Source: a virus. Taken from it: a stretch of 31,486 bases of DNA. This document shows positions 15,126 to 24,779 of the stretch, in pieces. The stretch lies in the IMG/VR virus record IMGVR_UViG_3300022690_002678; one strand, 5' to 3'. The notes beneath the pieces are model-generated. The model saw nothing but the letters and a program-made list of their open reading frames with translations, searched no databases and had not been told where the DNA came from. The number at the start of each line of letters is the position of its first letter. Position 1 is the stretch's first letter. A program made the position numbers and the translations under genes.

Positions 15126-17453
15126 TTAACTTAGTGTTGTTGACTTCCAACCGTTGTTAGTACATACATACAGATAGTTGTTCGTGTCATCCACTTTCAT
15201 TCTACCAATTTCGTCTATTACATCACAATCTGCTGTTGGCGGCGTGCCTGAACTTGTAGCAAGTTCGATATAACCAGTTACTTCTAATTGTGAGTTTGGA
15301 GTTATAGTTCCAATGCCAACGTTGCCATCAGTGTAATGAATTATTCCATTACCTCCATCCATCCAAAGATTGACAAACAGTGTCTCTCCAAAGTCACCAG
15401 ACAGTACAGGTGATGTAGTAGTAGATGCAGTTGATGTTGTATCAGCTGAGAGTATTTGTGTTGTACCAGTTGGAGTAACAGTAGTAATGCCAACTACTGG
15501 AGGTCCTGCATTATTTGTATTTTTGATAGTTATCATAAATTTGTCAGGTGCAACCCATTCTCCTTCATCTATTTTACCAAGTGGTTCTGAGAATGTAAAC
15601 AAGTCGTTAACATCTTTTTCTGTCAGTTTTCCTGGTCCACTTGGTGTATTTGTGTCTGAATCAAATAATATGACTATAATATCACCAGAAGAATATATAA
15701 CATCCAAGTCATCAGGATCGTCAGCTATTAGTGATGTGATTACTGGTGCTGAAGAGATAAATGATCCAAAGTTACCAGACAGTACTGGTGATGTGGCAGT
15801 AGATGCAGTAGATGTTGTATCAGCTGAGAGTATTTGTGTTGTTGTGCTAGTTGGAGTAACAGTAGTGCCAGTTATAATTGGCGGTGTTGCACCAGTCACA
15901 TCTGTAACTGTAATTACAAATGTATCAGCACTAATCCATTGTCCAGTATATGTGTCTCCAAGTGATTCAGTAAATGTGAACAAGTCATCAACTGCTGTTT
16001 TTGTTTGGAATCCTGTTCCGCCTGGTTCATTGGTATCAGAGTCAAAAGTTATGGTTATAATATCATCAACAGAGTATACCTCATCGAGATCATCAGGATC
16101 GTCAGCTATTAGTGATGTGATTACTGGTACTGGTGAAATAATAGACGTAGCACCTTGCATAGTCACCCATGTGTATGTACTACCATTATAAACACACACA
16201 TACATTTTAGCATTTGAATCATCTACTTTCATACGGCCTATCTCATCTATACTATCACAATCAGTTAATGGTGGTTCACCTGAATTTGTATCAAGTTGAA
16301 TATAACCTGATACTTGTAATGCTGAGATTGGAGAGCTAGTTCCTATTCCTATATTACCTGTAGTATAAGAAAGATCACTTCCTGATTGTGTCCAAAAATT
16401 TGTGTCTACTGTATGAGCTCCTGTAACAAATCCAAATGTTTCAATATCTGTTTGGTCTAGTGTAGTGTCTACTGTATGAGCTCCTGTAACAAATCCAAAT
16501 GTTTCAATATCTGTTTGGTCTAGTGTAGTGTCTACTGTATGAGCTCCTGTAACAAATCCAAATGTTTCAATATCTGTTTGGTCTAACTGAGTATCCATAC
16601 TGGCAGTTGTCTGTGTTGTACCATCAGAGAACTTGAATCCTCCAGATGTGGATTCTATGATTCCATTAACTGAGAGTGATTGATTAGGATTTGTGGTTCC
16701 AATACCGACATTACCACCATCATAGTAAATTACTCCAGCGCCTCCATCAATCCAATAATTTGAAAGTGGTGGTGATGCAGTAACATCATTTACTGTCAAT
16801 GAAAATATTTGCCAAGTATTATCATCTGTCCCATCGGATGCTGTAACATTAAAATTGTATACTCCAGAATCAGAGAATCCAGGATTTGCTGAAAACGTTG
16901 CAGTATCATTACCATTATCAACAAATGATGTAAAGTTTAACAAAGGACTTATTCCAAATGATATCGGATCTGAATCTGCATCAGTTGCACTGATTAATAA
17001 ATCCAACGATGTGTCTTCATCTACTGATTGGTTTGGTATGAAATCAAGTACAGGTGAATTATTAGTAACCTCGGATAAACCATCAAGGAATAGGATATGG
17101 ACTGCGCCTCTGTTAGTACCACCTTCATCATCTTTATTTGCACCAACTACAATGTCATTAATTCCATCATTATCCAAGTCACCAATGTTGCTGACAGATC
17201 TACCAAAGTGATCACCAGTACTTAGTCCTGGTCCATTTGTTGTACTAGAATTAATTTCTACTGTTAATATTACATCACCAGGTGCTGCATGCACTGGAAT
17301 AATTCCTCCAGGAATTAACATCATACTCATAATACTAAACATAAGAAGTGTTTTGAGAATCTTTGTCTTTTTTACGTTATCATTATTCTCGTTATTAATT
17401 AACAATGACAATTTTGAAAATAGCATATATATAAAATGATCAAACGTTATCAA
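15126..17453 (-). CDS. Large secreted adhesin/fibre-like protein: FG-GAP repeat, cadherin/Ig-like domain, three GNVGIGT modules, tandem repeats
   Basis: Signal peptide ending VHA-A (true start probably downstream of 17453); DHFGRSVSNIGDLDNDGINDIVVGA..DD.GG.NRGAV; N.SPVLD.I..Q.VDE...ATDAD.D; GNVGIGT x3; duplicated PVITSLIADDPDDLD domain. Confidence 0.85.
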   Translation of the reverse strand: MITFDHFIYMLFSKLSLLINNENNDNVKKTKILKTLLMFSIMSMMLIPGGIIPVHAAPGDVILTVEINSSTTNGPGLSTGDHFGRSVSNIGDLDNDGINDIVVGANKDDEGGTNRGAVHILFLDGLSEVTNNSPVLDFIPNQSVDEDTSLDLLISATDADSDPISFGISPLLNFTSFVDNGNDTATFSANPGFSDSGVYNFNVTASDGTDDNTWQIFSLTVNDVTASPPLSNYWIDGGAGVIYYDGGNVGIGTTNPNQSLSVNGIIESTSGGFKFSDGTTQTTASMDTQLDQTDIETFGFVTGAHTVDTTLDQTDIETFGFVTGAHTVDTTLDQTDIETFGFVTGAHTVDTNFWTQSGSDLSYTTGNIGIGTSSPISALQVSGYIQLDTNSGEPPLTDCDSIDEIGRMKVDDSNAKMYVCVYNGSTYTWVTMQGATSIISPVPVITSLIADDPDDLDEVYSVDDIITITFDSDTNEPGGTGFQTKTAVDDLFTFTESLGDTYTGQWISADTFVITVTDVTGATPPIITGTTVTPTSTTTQILSADTTSTASTATSPVLSGNFGSFISSAPVITSLIADDPDDLDVIYSSGDIIVILFDSDTNTPSGPGKLTEKDVNDLFTFSEPLGKIDEGEWVAPDKFMITIKNTNNAGPPVVGITTVTPTGTTQILSADTTSTASTTTSPVLSGDFGETLFVNLWMDGGNGIIHYTDGNVGIGTITPNSQLEVTGYIELATSSGTPPTADCDVIDEIGRMKVDDTNNYLYVCTNNGWKSTTLS
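15388..16128. repeat. Intragenic duplication of a ~126-127 aa domain
   Basis: Near-identical blocks at 15709/16090 (offset 381) and 15388/15766 (offset 378). Confidence 0.9.
16402..16585. repeat. 63-bp perfect coding tandem repeat, ~2.9 copies
   Basis: Units start at 16402, 16465 and 16528; encode DTTLDQTDIETFGFVTGAHTV. Confidence 0.95.
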
Positions 17454-17781
17454 AAATGATAATAACTAACATAATTTATTGCAATTTACTCATAAAATCA
17501 TTCTAAAATTGAAATATTTTGTTTTAGGATTTTTTATTTTTACTGATTTTGAGAATAATTGAAATAAAAATTAATGAAGACAAAATACAAAAAATTCTCA
17601 AAATAAGAATATTATCATTTCACGAAATACAATACTCATAATTCACTATACACCTGTTTCAAGTGTGTTTCAAAATTTTTAGAATCTTTTTGTATTTTTC
17701 AGGAGTTAGTAAATGGGCTGTACTGTATTGAGATAAATCAATCTTACTCATAATGATCTGCCTTCTGTTTGAACTGTATTT

Positions 17782-17931
17782 CTATTGTAATCCTGCATTT
17801 AGTTCAACTCCACATTTTGGACAGCATTCCCATTCAGCGTCTAAACTAGTTTGACACTTCATACAAAAATATTGAAATGAATCATAAGGAATTTTGGCAA
17901 CTGTGATTTTTTGCTCCATAGTGGTTTTCAT
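17782..17931 (-). CDS. 49-aa zinc-ribbon protein (CMKC...CPKCG)
   Basis: Manually translated; AGGAG RBS. Confidence 0.75.
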   Translation of the reverse strand: MKTTMEQKITVAKIPYDSFQYFCMKCQTSLDAEWECCPKCGVELNAGLQ

Positions 17932-18099
17932 ATTTCATCTCCTGCACGTTCTGAATTAACTGTCAATCTGATAACTCCTTTAGTTTTTTCATTAAATTGA
18001 ATTTGAATGTAGGAAATGCCTCATCTTTGCCAATAAGCAAACATAGGTAAGTAAATTCAGATTCAGAAAGCCTCTTATTCAATTTTGTATTTTTAGACA

Positions 18100-18264
18100 T
18101 TAGATGAATGGACTCCCACAATCAAATTTAATCATAAACCCATCTAGTGCAGAACAACCACAAGCCATTCTTTTACCTTTAACAAAATATCCGTATTGTC
18201 TTTTTGTTAATTCTTTTTGATTAGTTAATCGTAATACTTCTTTTTCAGAAATACACTCTTTCAT
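18100..18264 (-). CDS. 54-aa hypothetical protein (MKECISEKEV...)
   Basis: Manually translated; ATGA/TAATG coupling. Confidence 0.6.
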   Translation of the reverse strand: MKECISEKEVLRLTNQKELTKRQYGYFVKGKRMACGCSALDGFMIKFDCGSPFI

Positions 18265-18446
18265 GATTGATTACATCCTGACTGATCTGTATTTCTTACT
18301 GCCAACACTCCATGTAAATCACAACAATGATTAGAGCATACCCAAATTTTTCTATAAACAGGTTGACCAAATTGATTTTTTCCTCTATACCAATTAATTA
18401 CTCTATGAGATAATTGTCGAACGTCTGTAATTTTACCGTTATTCAA
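18261..18446 (-). CDS. Small Cys/His protein
   Basis: Coupled ORF. Confidence 0.6.
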   Translation of the reverse strand: MNNGKITDVRQLSHRVINWYRGKNQFGQPVYRKIWVCSNHCCDLHGVLAVRNTDQSGCNQS

Positions 18447-18727
18447 TTTCGTTTCTCAAATTCCTCAATTATTGCCATATCTGCATTATGTATCTGTTGC
18501 AACTGAGCGTTTTGTTCTTTGAGAGATTCGTTTTCATTTAGTAAATTATTCACTTGTTTTATTATATCTCCAAGTGTATCATATTTCTCGGCTTTCTCTT
18601 TGTTCTCCATTACACCATATACAACTGAATGAACATCATTGAATCCAAGTTTGCGAAATACATCATAAATTTGAGTATTGCCATGTATAGCTAACATGTT
18701 GACTAGTTCTTTTTCTACTTCATTCAT
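18443..18727 (-). CDS. Hypothetical coiled-coil protein
   Basis: 94 aa, AGGAG RBS. Confidence 0.7.
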   Translation of the reverse strand: MNEVEKELVNMLAIHGNTQIYDVFRKLGFNDVHSVVYGVMENKEKAEKYDTLGDIIKQVNNLLNENESLKEQNAQLQQIHNADMAIIEEFEKRN

Positions 18728-18860
18728 CTTCTAGCATCTCCTTGTTTGATTTTTTCAGCTCATCCAAAGTATTATCAAACTTTTTCCAGTCTCTTTTGTG
18801 AAAGTTATCAAGTAATGCAAGCATCTGATCTTTCATTTCTTCTGGTATTTTATCAGTCAT
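18720..18860 (-). CDS. 46-aa protein MTDKIPEEMKDQMLALL...
   Basis: Manually translated; coupled at both ends. Confidence 0.65.
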   Translation of the reverse strand: MTDKIPEEMKDQMLALLDNFHKRDWKKFDNTLDELKKSNKEMLEDE

Positions 18861-19591
18861 TTTTCTTTCTCCTTGCATTTCTCACATTCACAGCCAACTG
18901 GAATCATCTCAGGTGCTAATGGAAAAAATACTATTTCCTGATTGTGATCTCTACACATAACCCTAAATCCAAACTTTGTCCATCCACACTCTAGGCTTGC
19001 ATATGGGTTTTCTTCTTCAACACATTTTCTACAATGAACAAAGGAAAATATCTCATTTGAGTGCTCTAACTCTTTTGGCAAGCCTTTTGTTATTGTTGAT
19101 TTTTCTGTCTGCTTGGAAATTGCATCCAGTATTCTCTGCGGTAAGCCACATGATTTTACTGAAAGTGAAAGCCTCCACGCAAGAAAGAGGTTTATCTTTT
19201 CAATTTCTACGAAACTTTTGTTAAGAATAGATTCACTTTTAGTAACGTTTGAATCTTGAGAACAAAAGTCTGTGTCTTGCTCATAAAATAATTTTTCAAT
19301 GTGAGAAAATTCGGCATCCCATGCAAGTCCCAAATTATTCCAATAGTCCCCGTTTGTTTTCATGTCATTTTCAAGACAATTCAAACAGATTATCTGAATC
19401 TCTATTGTATTGTTATACATTCCATATTCAGAATCAAGCTTGTCTTTTACGTCTTCTAAATTCTTTTTGCAGGTGGTACAAATAAGATCACTCAAAGTCA
19501 TTCTAATTCCTCCTTTCTGTATTTGTGTGACTCAAAATGCTGAGAGTCTATCTGGTCTTTCATTTCTTCTGGTATTTTATCAGTCATTTTT
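18823..19591. repeat. 42-bp direct repeat (1 mismatch) flanking the 214-aa gene
   Basis: ATCTG(A/G)TCTTTCATTTCTTCTGGTATTTTATCAGTCATTTTT at 18823-18864 and 19550-19591. Confidence 0.9.
18857..19501 (-). CDS. Cys-rich hypothetical protein
   Basis: CTTC, CLNC, HCRKC...YASLECGWT.FG.RVMC..H, CECEKC. Confidence 0.8.
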   Translation of the reverse strand: MTLSDLICTTCKKNLEDVKDKLDSEYGMYNNTIEIQIICLNCLENDMKTNGDYWNNLGLAWDAEFSHIEKLFYEQDTDFCSQDSNVTKSESILNKSFVEIEKINLFLAWRLSLSVKSCGLPQRILDAISKQTEKSTITKGLPKELEHSNEIFSFVHCRKCVEEENPYASLECGWTKFGFRVMCRDHNQEIVFFPLAPEMIPVGCECEKCKEKEK

Positions 19592-19786
19592 TTTCTCCAA
19601 TCGCTCTATGCTTTTAGAAATTATTTTGTCAACTTCACTTCCTTTCTCAAAAATAGCCACCAACATCGTTTTATCATCATGTTTCAATAGTGAGCCTTCA
19701 TTCCATGCTTTGAGTTCATCCTCATTGGAATATTCTGTGCGTATGGCTTTTTCACCTTTCTTTTTGGTTAGTTGAATAATTGTCAT
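19580..19786 (-). CDS. Hypothetical protein
   Basis: 68 aa, GGAG RBS. Confidence 0.65.
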   Translation of the reverse strand: MTIIQLTKKKGEKAIRTEYSNEDELKAWNEGSLLKHDDKTMLVAIFEKGSEVDKIISKSIERLEKKND

Positions 19787-19789
19787 ATT

Positions 19790-20101
19790 TTACTCCAATC
19801 GCTCCTTGCAATTCTTACAAAGTGGGTGTTTTGCTTTTAATCTATCATATGGATCACAGTTAGTATCATAGACATTTTCACAAGGACAGATTATTTGATA
19901 CTTGTAATCTCCTTTAGTTTTTTCAATGACTCTTTGTTTTTTGATCTCATCATACATATTTTGTAATTTTTTCTCTAACTTTTCTGATTGCTTTTGAGTG
20001 TCTTTGTATTCTTTTTCAAGTTTAGATATCAGAGTTTTTCTAGATGTAATCATTGATTGATTTATCTGTGTAAATCTTTGATCTTTATTCCTATCAATCA
20101 T
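19790..20101 (-). CDS. Coiled-coil plus Cys-cluster protein
   Basis: Heptads followed by CPC...C...LCKNC. Confidence 0.7.
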   Translation of the reverse strand: MIDRNKDQRFTQINQSMITSRKTLISKLEKEYKDTQKQSEKLEKKLQNMYDEIKKQRVIEKTKGDYKYQIICPCENVYDTNCDPYDRLKAKHPLCKNCKERLE

Positions 20102-21359
20102 CTTTGTTCATCACCACAATAACTGTATTAATTCCTGTACCGCTTTTCTTAAAGCTTTCTTTAGGTAACTCTATAATGTATCCATTCTTCTCAATTAATT
20201 CTCTGAATTTTTTGGTTTTGTTGTTGTCTCTAAATGTAATTCCATTAGCCATAACTGATACCAGTCTGCCTCCAGCTTTTAGCATCGCATATGCATGATT
20301 GACATGATCAACGTCTAGCTGATCAGGAAAAGGAGGATTCATAACAATTCTATCAAAACTATTTGGTGCATCAAACTCCATAAAGTCATCAAATGCTATC
20401 TCATAGCCTTTTTCCTTTAGAATTATCTGATTGCCAAGATATAACTCACCGCATGTAATGTGACAGTTTTTCAAATACTCTAAAATGTGTCCCTGTCCTG
20501 CTGATGGCTCTAATACTGTCATGTTTTCTTTAATCTCTGCATGATCTAACAATACCTCAACTACTGCAAGAGGCGTTGGAAAATAATTGTAAAATTTTGG
20601 AACTGTAATTTCCTCTTTGATTTCTGTTGGTACATTCCATTTTATTGTGGCTGCCATATCTTCTTTATCAATCCATGTTTGCACCTTTCGAGGCAGCTGA
20701 ACCATAAACATAGCATCATGTTTTTTCTCAGAACTTAACAGATATGATATTTTTGTAACTAATTTCTGCATATTTTCATCTAAAATAATATCTCTGTTAA
20801 CATCAGATTCTGCCCACATTACATCACTGGATAAAATAATTTTGGTTCTTGGCATTTCTTTAACTTCAATGTTTATTCTATCCCAAGGAAAATCTTTTTT
20901 GTTTAGCGGATTTTTTACATAAATTTCCCCCTTTTCTCTAATGCCAAATATCCCATCAATGGTATAATCAAATGATGGCTCTTCAGTAAGTCTCTTAGTG
21001 TGTGTACTTAGGAAAAGATCCAAAATCTCTTTTTGATTTTCCTCTGCAAAATGTTTTGCAAAGAAATTCTCAAAGTTTATCGTGTCTTCGTCCTTTTTAT
21101 GAGATATGATAATTTTGCATAACTCATCTACGTTATCTTTTTCAATGATACTTATTGACATTTTATTGTAATTGCATTCAAACCCTTTTTCAGTAGTCTC
21201 ATAGATTCTCATGTGTGGCTTTTTACTCAGTACATATGATATCTTGTTTCCCTCAAAGTGAGAATACTTTAAGGAAAAATAAGGAGTGTTGGGAACCACT
21301 CTTATTTGTTGCCCATCATACAGGGTTAGCTCTGATTCTCTAGTTTGAGCAACTATCAT
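20094..21359 (-). CDS. Gamma-class N6-adenine DNA methyltransferase domain with ~250-aa unknown N-terminal region
   Basis: YFPTP...VLEPSAGQGHI...E...DF..F...FDRIVMNPPF...HV.HA..ML..GGRLVS...FKKSGT.I.TV. Confidence 0.9.
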   Translation of the reverse strand: MIVAQTRESELTLYDGQQIRVVPNTPYFSLKYSHFEGNKISYVLSKKPHMRIYETTEKGFECNYNKMSISIIEKDNVDELCKIIISHKKDEDTINFENFFAKHFAEENQKEILDLFLSTHTKRLTEEPSFDYTIDGIFGIREKGEIYVKNPLNKKDFPWDRINIEVKEMPRTKIILSSDVMWAESDVNRDIILDENMQKLVTKISYLLSSEKKHDAMFMVQLPRKVQTWIDKEDMAATIKWNVPTEIKEEITVPKFYNYFPTPLAVVEVLLDHAEIKENMTVLEPSAGQGHILEYLKNCHITCGELYLGNQIILKEKGYEIAFDDFMEFDAPNSFDRIVMNPPFPDQLDVDHVNHAYAMLKAGGRLVSVMANGITFRDNNKTKKFRELIEKNGYIIELPKESFKKSGTGINTVIVVMNKDD

Positions 21360-23965
21360 CTATAAATTACCTCGATTTTGTTTCCATCAATGGTTACATT
21401 TCCTCTTCTCCAATATCCACTATTAACATCATTTAGAATATCCTCAAAAGTTCCATCAATTGTTATTTTTTGATTTGCTACAAATGACAATTTGATTTTA
21501 CCTTCGTCTTCTTGAATGGATATTTCCAAGTCTTCTGCTGTACCCTTATAGAATAACTCAAAGGCTTCTTTGTTTGTCTTCGCTCTGTCTACTCTGTCTT
21601 TGAATTTATCGCAGATAATTTCCTTTGTCATATTCCTTACGGTATGCTGCCAAGTTGTTTCATCTGCATCTTTGAATTTCTTAAACAACTTTAATGTTAT
21701 TTCAAACTCTGTGTATTCTTTGTTTGCAAGTTCTAAAAATAGTTCGTGAATTTCCTTGCAAATCTTTATGTCTGCTTCTTCTTCAGATTCCCATCCTTTG
21801 CTATACTCAAATATTTTAGAATATGTCTTTGCATAAAATTCTCGAACCACCCCTTTTTTGATTTGCCCCAATCGCTCTAGTGCGTTTTCTGGGGATTCAC
21901 TCCAGTTTCCTTCAAACTCTATCTCTATATCTTCAACTATCTGTTTTCCTATGAACTCATCATAATGATGTTCTACTGTATGAAATTCTACTTTGGAGAT
22001 TTCATCTATCAGAATTAAAGCCTGTATGTTATCAGTCTTTGATTCATCATCAATAATTACCAAATCAGAATTTGATTGCTCCATACAAAATTGCGGTGTA
22101 AGTCTTTTGGCAAACTTTGATTTGTGTGCCCTGAGAATATCAATTTTTTCATATTCTATAATCTGGTTGGCAGTTAGTGTTCCTTTTGTTGTCTCAAATT
22201 GTATGTTCTCTGTGTTTTTCATAAACTCCTCTAGAGTTATGCTTTCAGTTTCCTCAAACTTTTTGTGGTCTTTGAATACTGCATATTTACTTAATTCACT
22301 ATCTCGTAGTCTTTCTGCAAATTCTTTAATGGTTGCATCAGCCAAGAATTCTTTTGGAATTCTAATACAGTTCTCATCAAGATCACACAGATTCATTTGA
22401 GTTACATTCTCACCCCATCCAAGATATCTAACTGCAACCTCACCCAGAACTGTATTTCTTGGCATCTTGATATTTTTCTCTTTTACAAAATCTGAAATAT
22501 TTGAGATTCCAGCATTTTTCATAATCTCTAGTGCCTGTTTTCTGTCGTTTTTGTTCTGTCCATAAGAATAATAATTTTTTGAACCGTCTGGAACCAAAAC
22601 TATAACATCTGGACAAATCTCAATCACTTTGTTTATCTTGGTTTTAATCTTGTTATAGCTTGAGATGAATTGTGCATTTTTCTCAAAAACTTTATCAAGA
22701 CTTGCAGTATATTCTCTATCTTCTGTCTGTGTTCCATCAAAGGCAAACAATCTTAATTTTAATAACTCATTAAAATTAACTGTCTCTTTTGGCAAGGACT
22801 CTACAAAGTAAGAAGGCAAGTTTTTAGCAAAATAGCTGTTTGGATTGTTTTGATAATCTTCAACTGTTTTTATCTTGATTTTACTAAAAAATTTCTCCAA
22901 GTCTGCTTTGATTACAGCAGATAAATCCTTGAATGATTTACTTAGTAGACTTTCCCTTGATGCTACAGGTGCAAACATTCTCTCATTTTTAATATTTAGG
23001 AAATAACCAACACAGCCAGCGTTAGGAATTTCATTTTTTTCCTTGCTGTCATATTGGCTTATGGTTTCTCCCAAGGAAATAGGAATACCAACAAGATAGT
23101 TAAGATATACATGATCTTTCACATATTTCTCACTAAATGCCAAACACAAGTGATAGTTATCATTTTCAATCTCTACCCAATGAATATTATCTAGTCCAAG
23201 TTTTTCAGATAAGAATTCTTTTGGATCTACTAGTCCTATCTGAGTTTTTCCCTTTTTGAATTTTGGCTCTTGGTCTAATTTCTTTGCAGTTTCGCTTTCA
23301 TACAAGTCATCTAAAAATACCAAGTTTGTCTTTACTTTAGTAAACTTTGTAATTGTCTTGATATATTTTGCAAGCTCTGGGAGTTTTATGTCGTCTTTAA
23401 TTGCAAAAGTTACTCTTGCACCATATTTTTCCATAATTGGAGGCTTTATCTTTGGATCAAACTTGGAACCCTTGTAAAGAAATGAATATTTTTCGTTTGT
23501 TTCTCTAGCAAATGTTTCAAATAGTAATGAATGGCTTATGGCTCTAAATGATTTCTTGCCAATTCCAAACATTCCAGATTCTTTTCCATCCAAATTACCA
23601 GACCTTCCTAAATGTCGATATACATCCTTGAATGTTTGAGAAGGCATTCCCATAGAGTCAATTTCTTCAATGGTCAGATTGTTGAATTTTAAATCAAAAA
23701 TGATATTGATTTCAGGGCTTGCACCTAGTTTTGCTGCTGTTCTGCACTGTCTCAAGGCGTTGTTTAGTGCTTCTCTTACTGATTCAAACGGATCAGGATA
23801 CATTGATACTGATATTATCTCATCTAATGCCTCTTTTTCTAAAACTTCTGAGATAAGACCGTCTGCTTCTATTATGTCATCAAGTGGTGTTTTGATTTCT
23901 TGGTTTGATTCCAAATTGAGTGGTTTTTGTTTTTCAACTGATATGGTGGAATATTTTGTTTTCAT
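21356..23965 (-). CDS. GHKL (Hsp90/MORC/RIIA-like) ATPase with long C-terminal region
   Basis: MY.DP..SVREALNNA (N box), DSMGM (G1), GRSG...GMFGIGKKS (G2), GARVTF. Confidence 0.85.
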   Translation of the reverse strand: MKTKYSTISVEKQKPLNLESNQEIKTPLDDIIEADGLISEVLEKEALDEIISVSMYPDPFESVREALNNALRQCRTAAKLGASPEINIIFDLKFNNLTIEEIDSMGMPSQTFKDVYRHLGRSGNLDGKESGMFGIGKKSFRAISHSLLFETFARETNEKYSFLYKGSKFDPKIKPPIMEKYGARVTFAIKDDIKLPELAKYIKTITKFTKVKTNLVFLDDLYESETAKKLDQEPKFKKGKTQIGLVDPKEFLSEKLGLDNIHWVEIENDNYHLCLAFSEKYVKDHVYLNYLVGIPISLGETISQYDSKEKNEIPNAGCVGYFLNIKNERMFAPVASRESLLSKSFKDLSAVIKADLEKFFSKIKIKTVEDYQNNPNSYFAKNLPSYFVESLPKETVNFNELLKLRLFAFDGTQTEDREYTASLDKVFEKNAQFISSYNKIKTKINKVIEICPDVIVLVPDGSKNYYSYGQNKNDRKQALEIMKNAGISNISDFVKEKNIKMPRNTVLGEVAVRYLGWGENVTQMNLCDLDENCIRIPKEFLADATIKEFAERLRDSELSKYAVFKDHKKFEETESITLEEFMKNTENIQFETTKGTLTANQIIEYEKIDILRAHKSKFAKRLTPQFCMEQSNSDLVIIDDESKTDNIQALILIDEISKVEFHTVEHHYDEFIGKQIVEDIEIEFEGNWSESPENALERLGQIKKGVVREFYAKTYSKIFEYSKGWESEEEADIKICKEIHELFLELANKEYTEFEITLKLFKKFKDADETTWQHTVRNMTKEIICDKFKDRVDRAKTNKEAFELFYKGTAEDLEISIQEDEGKIKLSFVANQKITIDGTFEDILNDVNSGYWRRGNVTIDGNKIEVIYR

Positions 23966-24051
23966 TAGATATTTTTCTCCAATTTCTCAACATGACTATA
24001 AAAAAATATTTGTTGAGTCGTGGTTATTTTGTTTATTTCGTTTGTTTTCAT
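23965..24051 (-). CDS. 28-aa leader ORF coupled to the GHKL ATPase
   Basis: ATG 25 nt from the TTAA core of the repeated promoter motif; TAATG overlap; contains GGAG. Confidence 0.55.
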   Translation of the reverse strand: MKTNEINKITTTQQIFFYSHVEKLEKNI

Positions 24052-24069
24052 AATTATTGTATATCAGAT

Positions 24070-24095
24070 TTACACTTAAGTGTTACTCATTATAA
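24070..24095 (-). promoter_or_regulatory. Repeated promoter motif, copy 1
   Basis: TTACA(C/G)TTAAGTGTTACTCATTATAA, 25/26 identical to 27745-27770, same spacing to ATG. Confidence 0.8.
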
Positions 24096-24105
24096 GAATA
24101 AAAAA

Positions 24106-24513
24106 TTAATTTGCATTTTCAGTAAATGGGTTTTCAATTCCAATTTCTTCATAAGTTTCCGTATCATGGTAATCATATATGACTGTAAAAGTTTCATGAC
24201 ATTTACTGCATTGAAAAACTGCCTCAATTTCATTTTGTATTCCAATGAATTTCCATGAAATTAATCCATGACTTGAATCACATGAATGATCATTATCTCC
24301 TGTATATTGAGCTTGAATGAGATATTCGTCTGAATTTTTCTCTTTTCTAATCATGAAAAAATCATCAAATACATCAATCATTATGTTTTCACCATTAAAG
24401 ACTATGATTTTATTTTCGTCTACTTCTTCAAGTAAATCATTCATTAGTTTTTCTACTCCATTTTTTCTTACTGCACCAACAACAAACATCGTCGTAACAA
24501 TCTTTTTCAACAT
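24106..24513 (-). CDS. Hypothetical acidic protein with C-terminal Zn ribbon
   Basis: HSC..SH...FQCSKC; TAATG-coupled. Confidence 0.7.
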   Translation of the reverse strand: MLKKIVTTMFVVGAVRKNGVEKLMNDLLEEVDENKIIVFNGENIMIDVFDDFFMIRKEKNSDEYLIQAQYTGDNDHSCDSSHGLISWKFIGIQNEIEAVFQCSKCHETFTVIYDYHDTETYEEIGIENPFTENAN

Positions 24514-24779
24514 TAAATTCTATTGCATCAGGATCAGAATAGTCATGAATATGGTTATCTAGATATTTTTTCTTTAATACTGGAATATCTTTGAGCATAA
24601 TTTCTACGCCTTGGTTTTCTAATTTTTCTAATTGACATGTTGTGTATTTCATTAGTTTTTTCCCTTTTGTAATTCTTCATGAATTAAATCCCAAGCTTCC
24701 TTTTCATCAATTTTACCTGATTGAAACTTTAGATCAATTTCTGCAATTTTACCAAGTATTCTAAGGGCTTTTTTTTCAA

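Noticed and set aside
16402-16585. CRISPR array
   Set aside because: Head-to-tail 63-bp in-frame coding repeats without spacers; no cas genes.
15370-17211. Plus-strand ORFs 15370-16191 and 16855-17211
   Set aside because: Antisense shadows of the Thr/Asp-rich surface protein.
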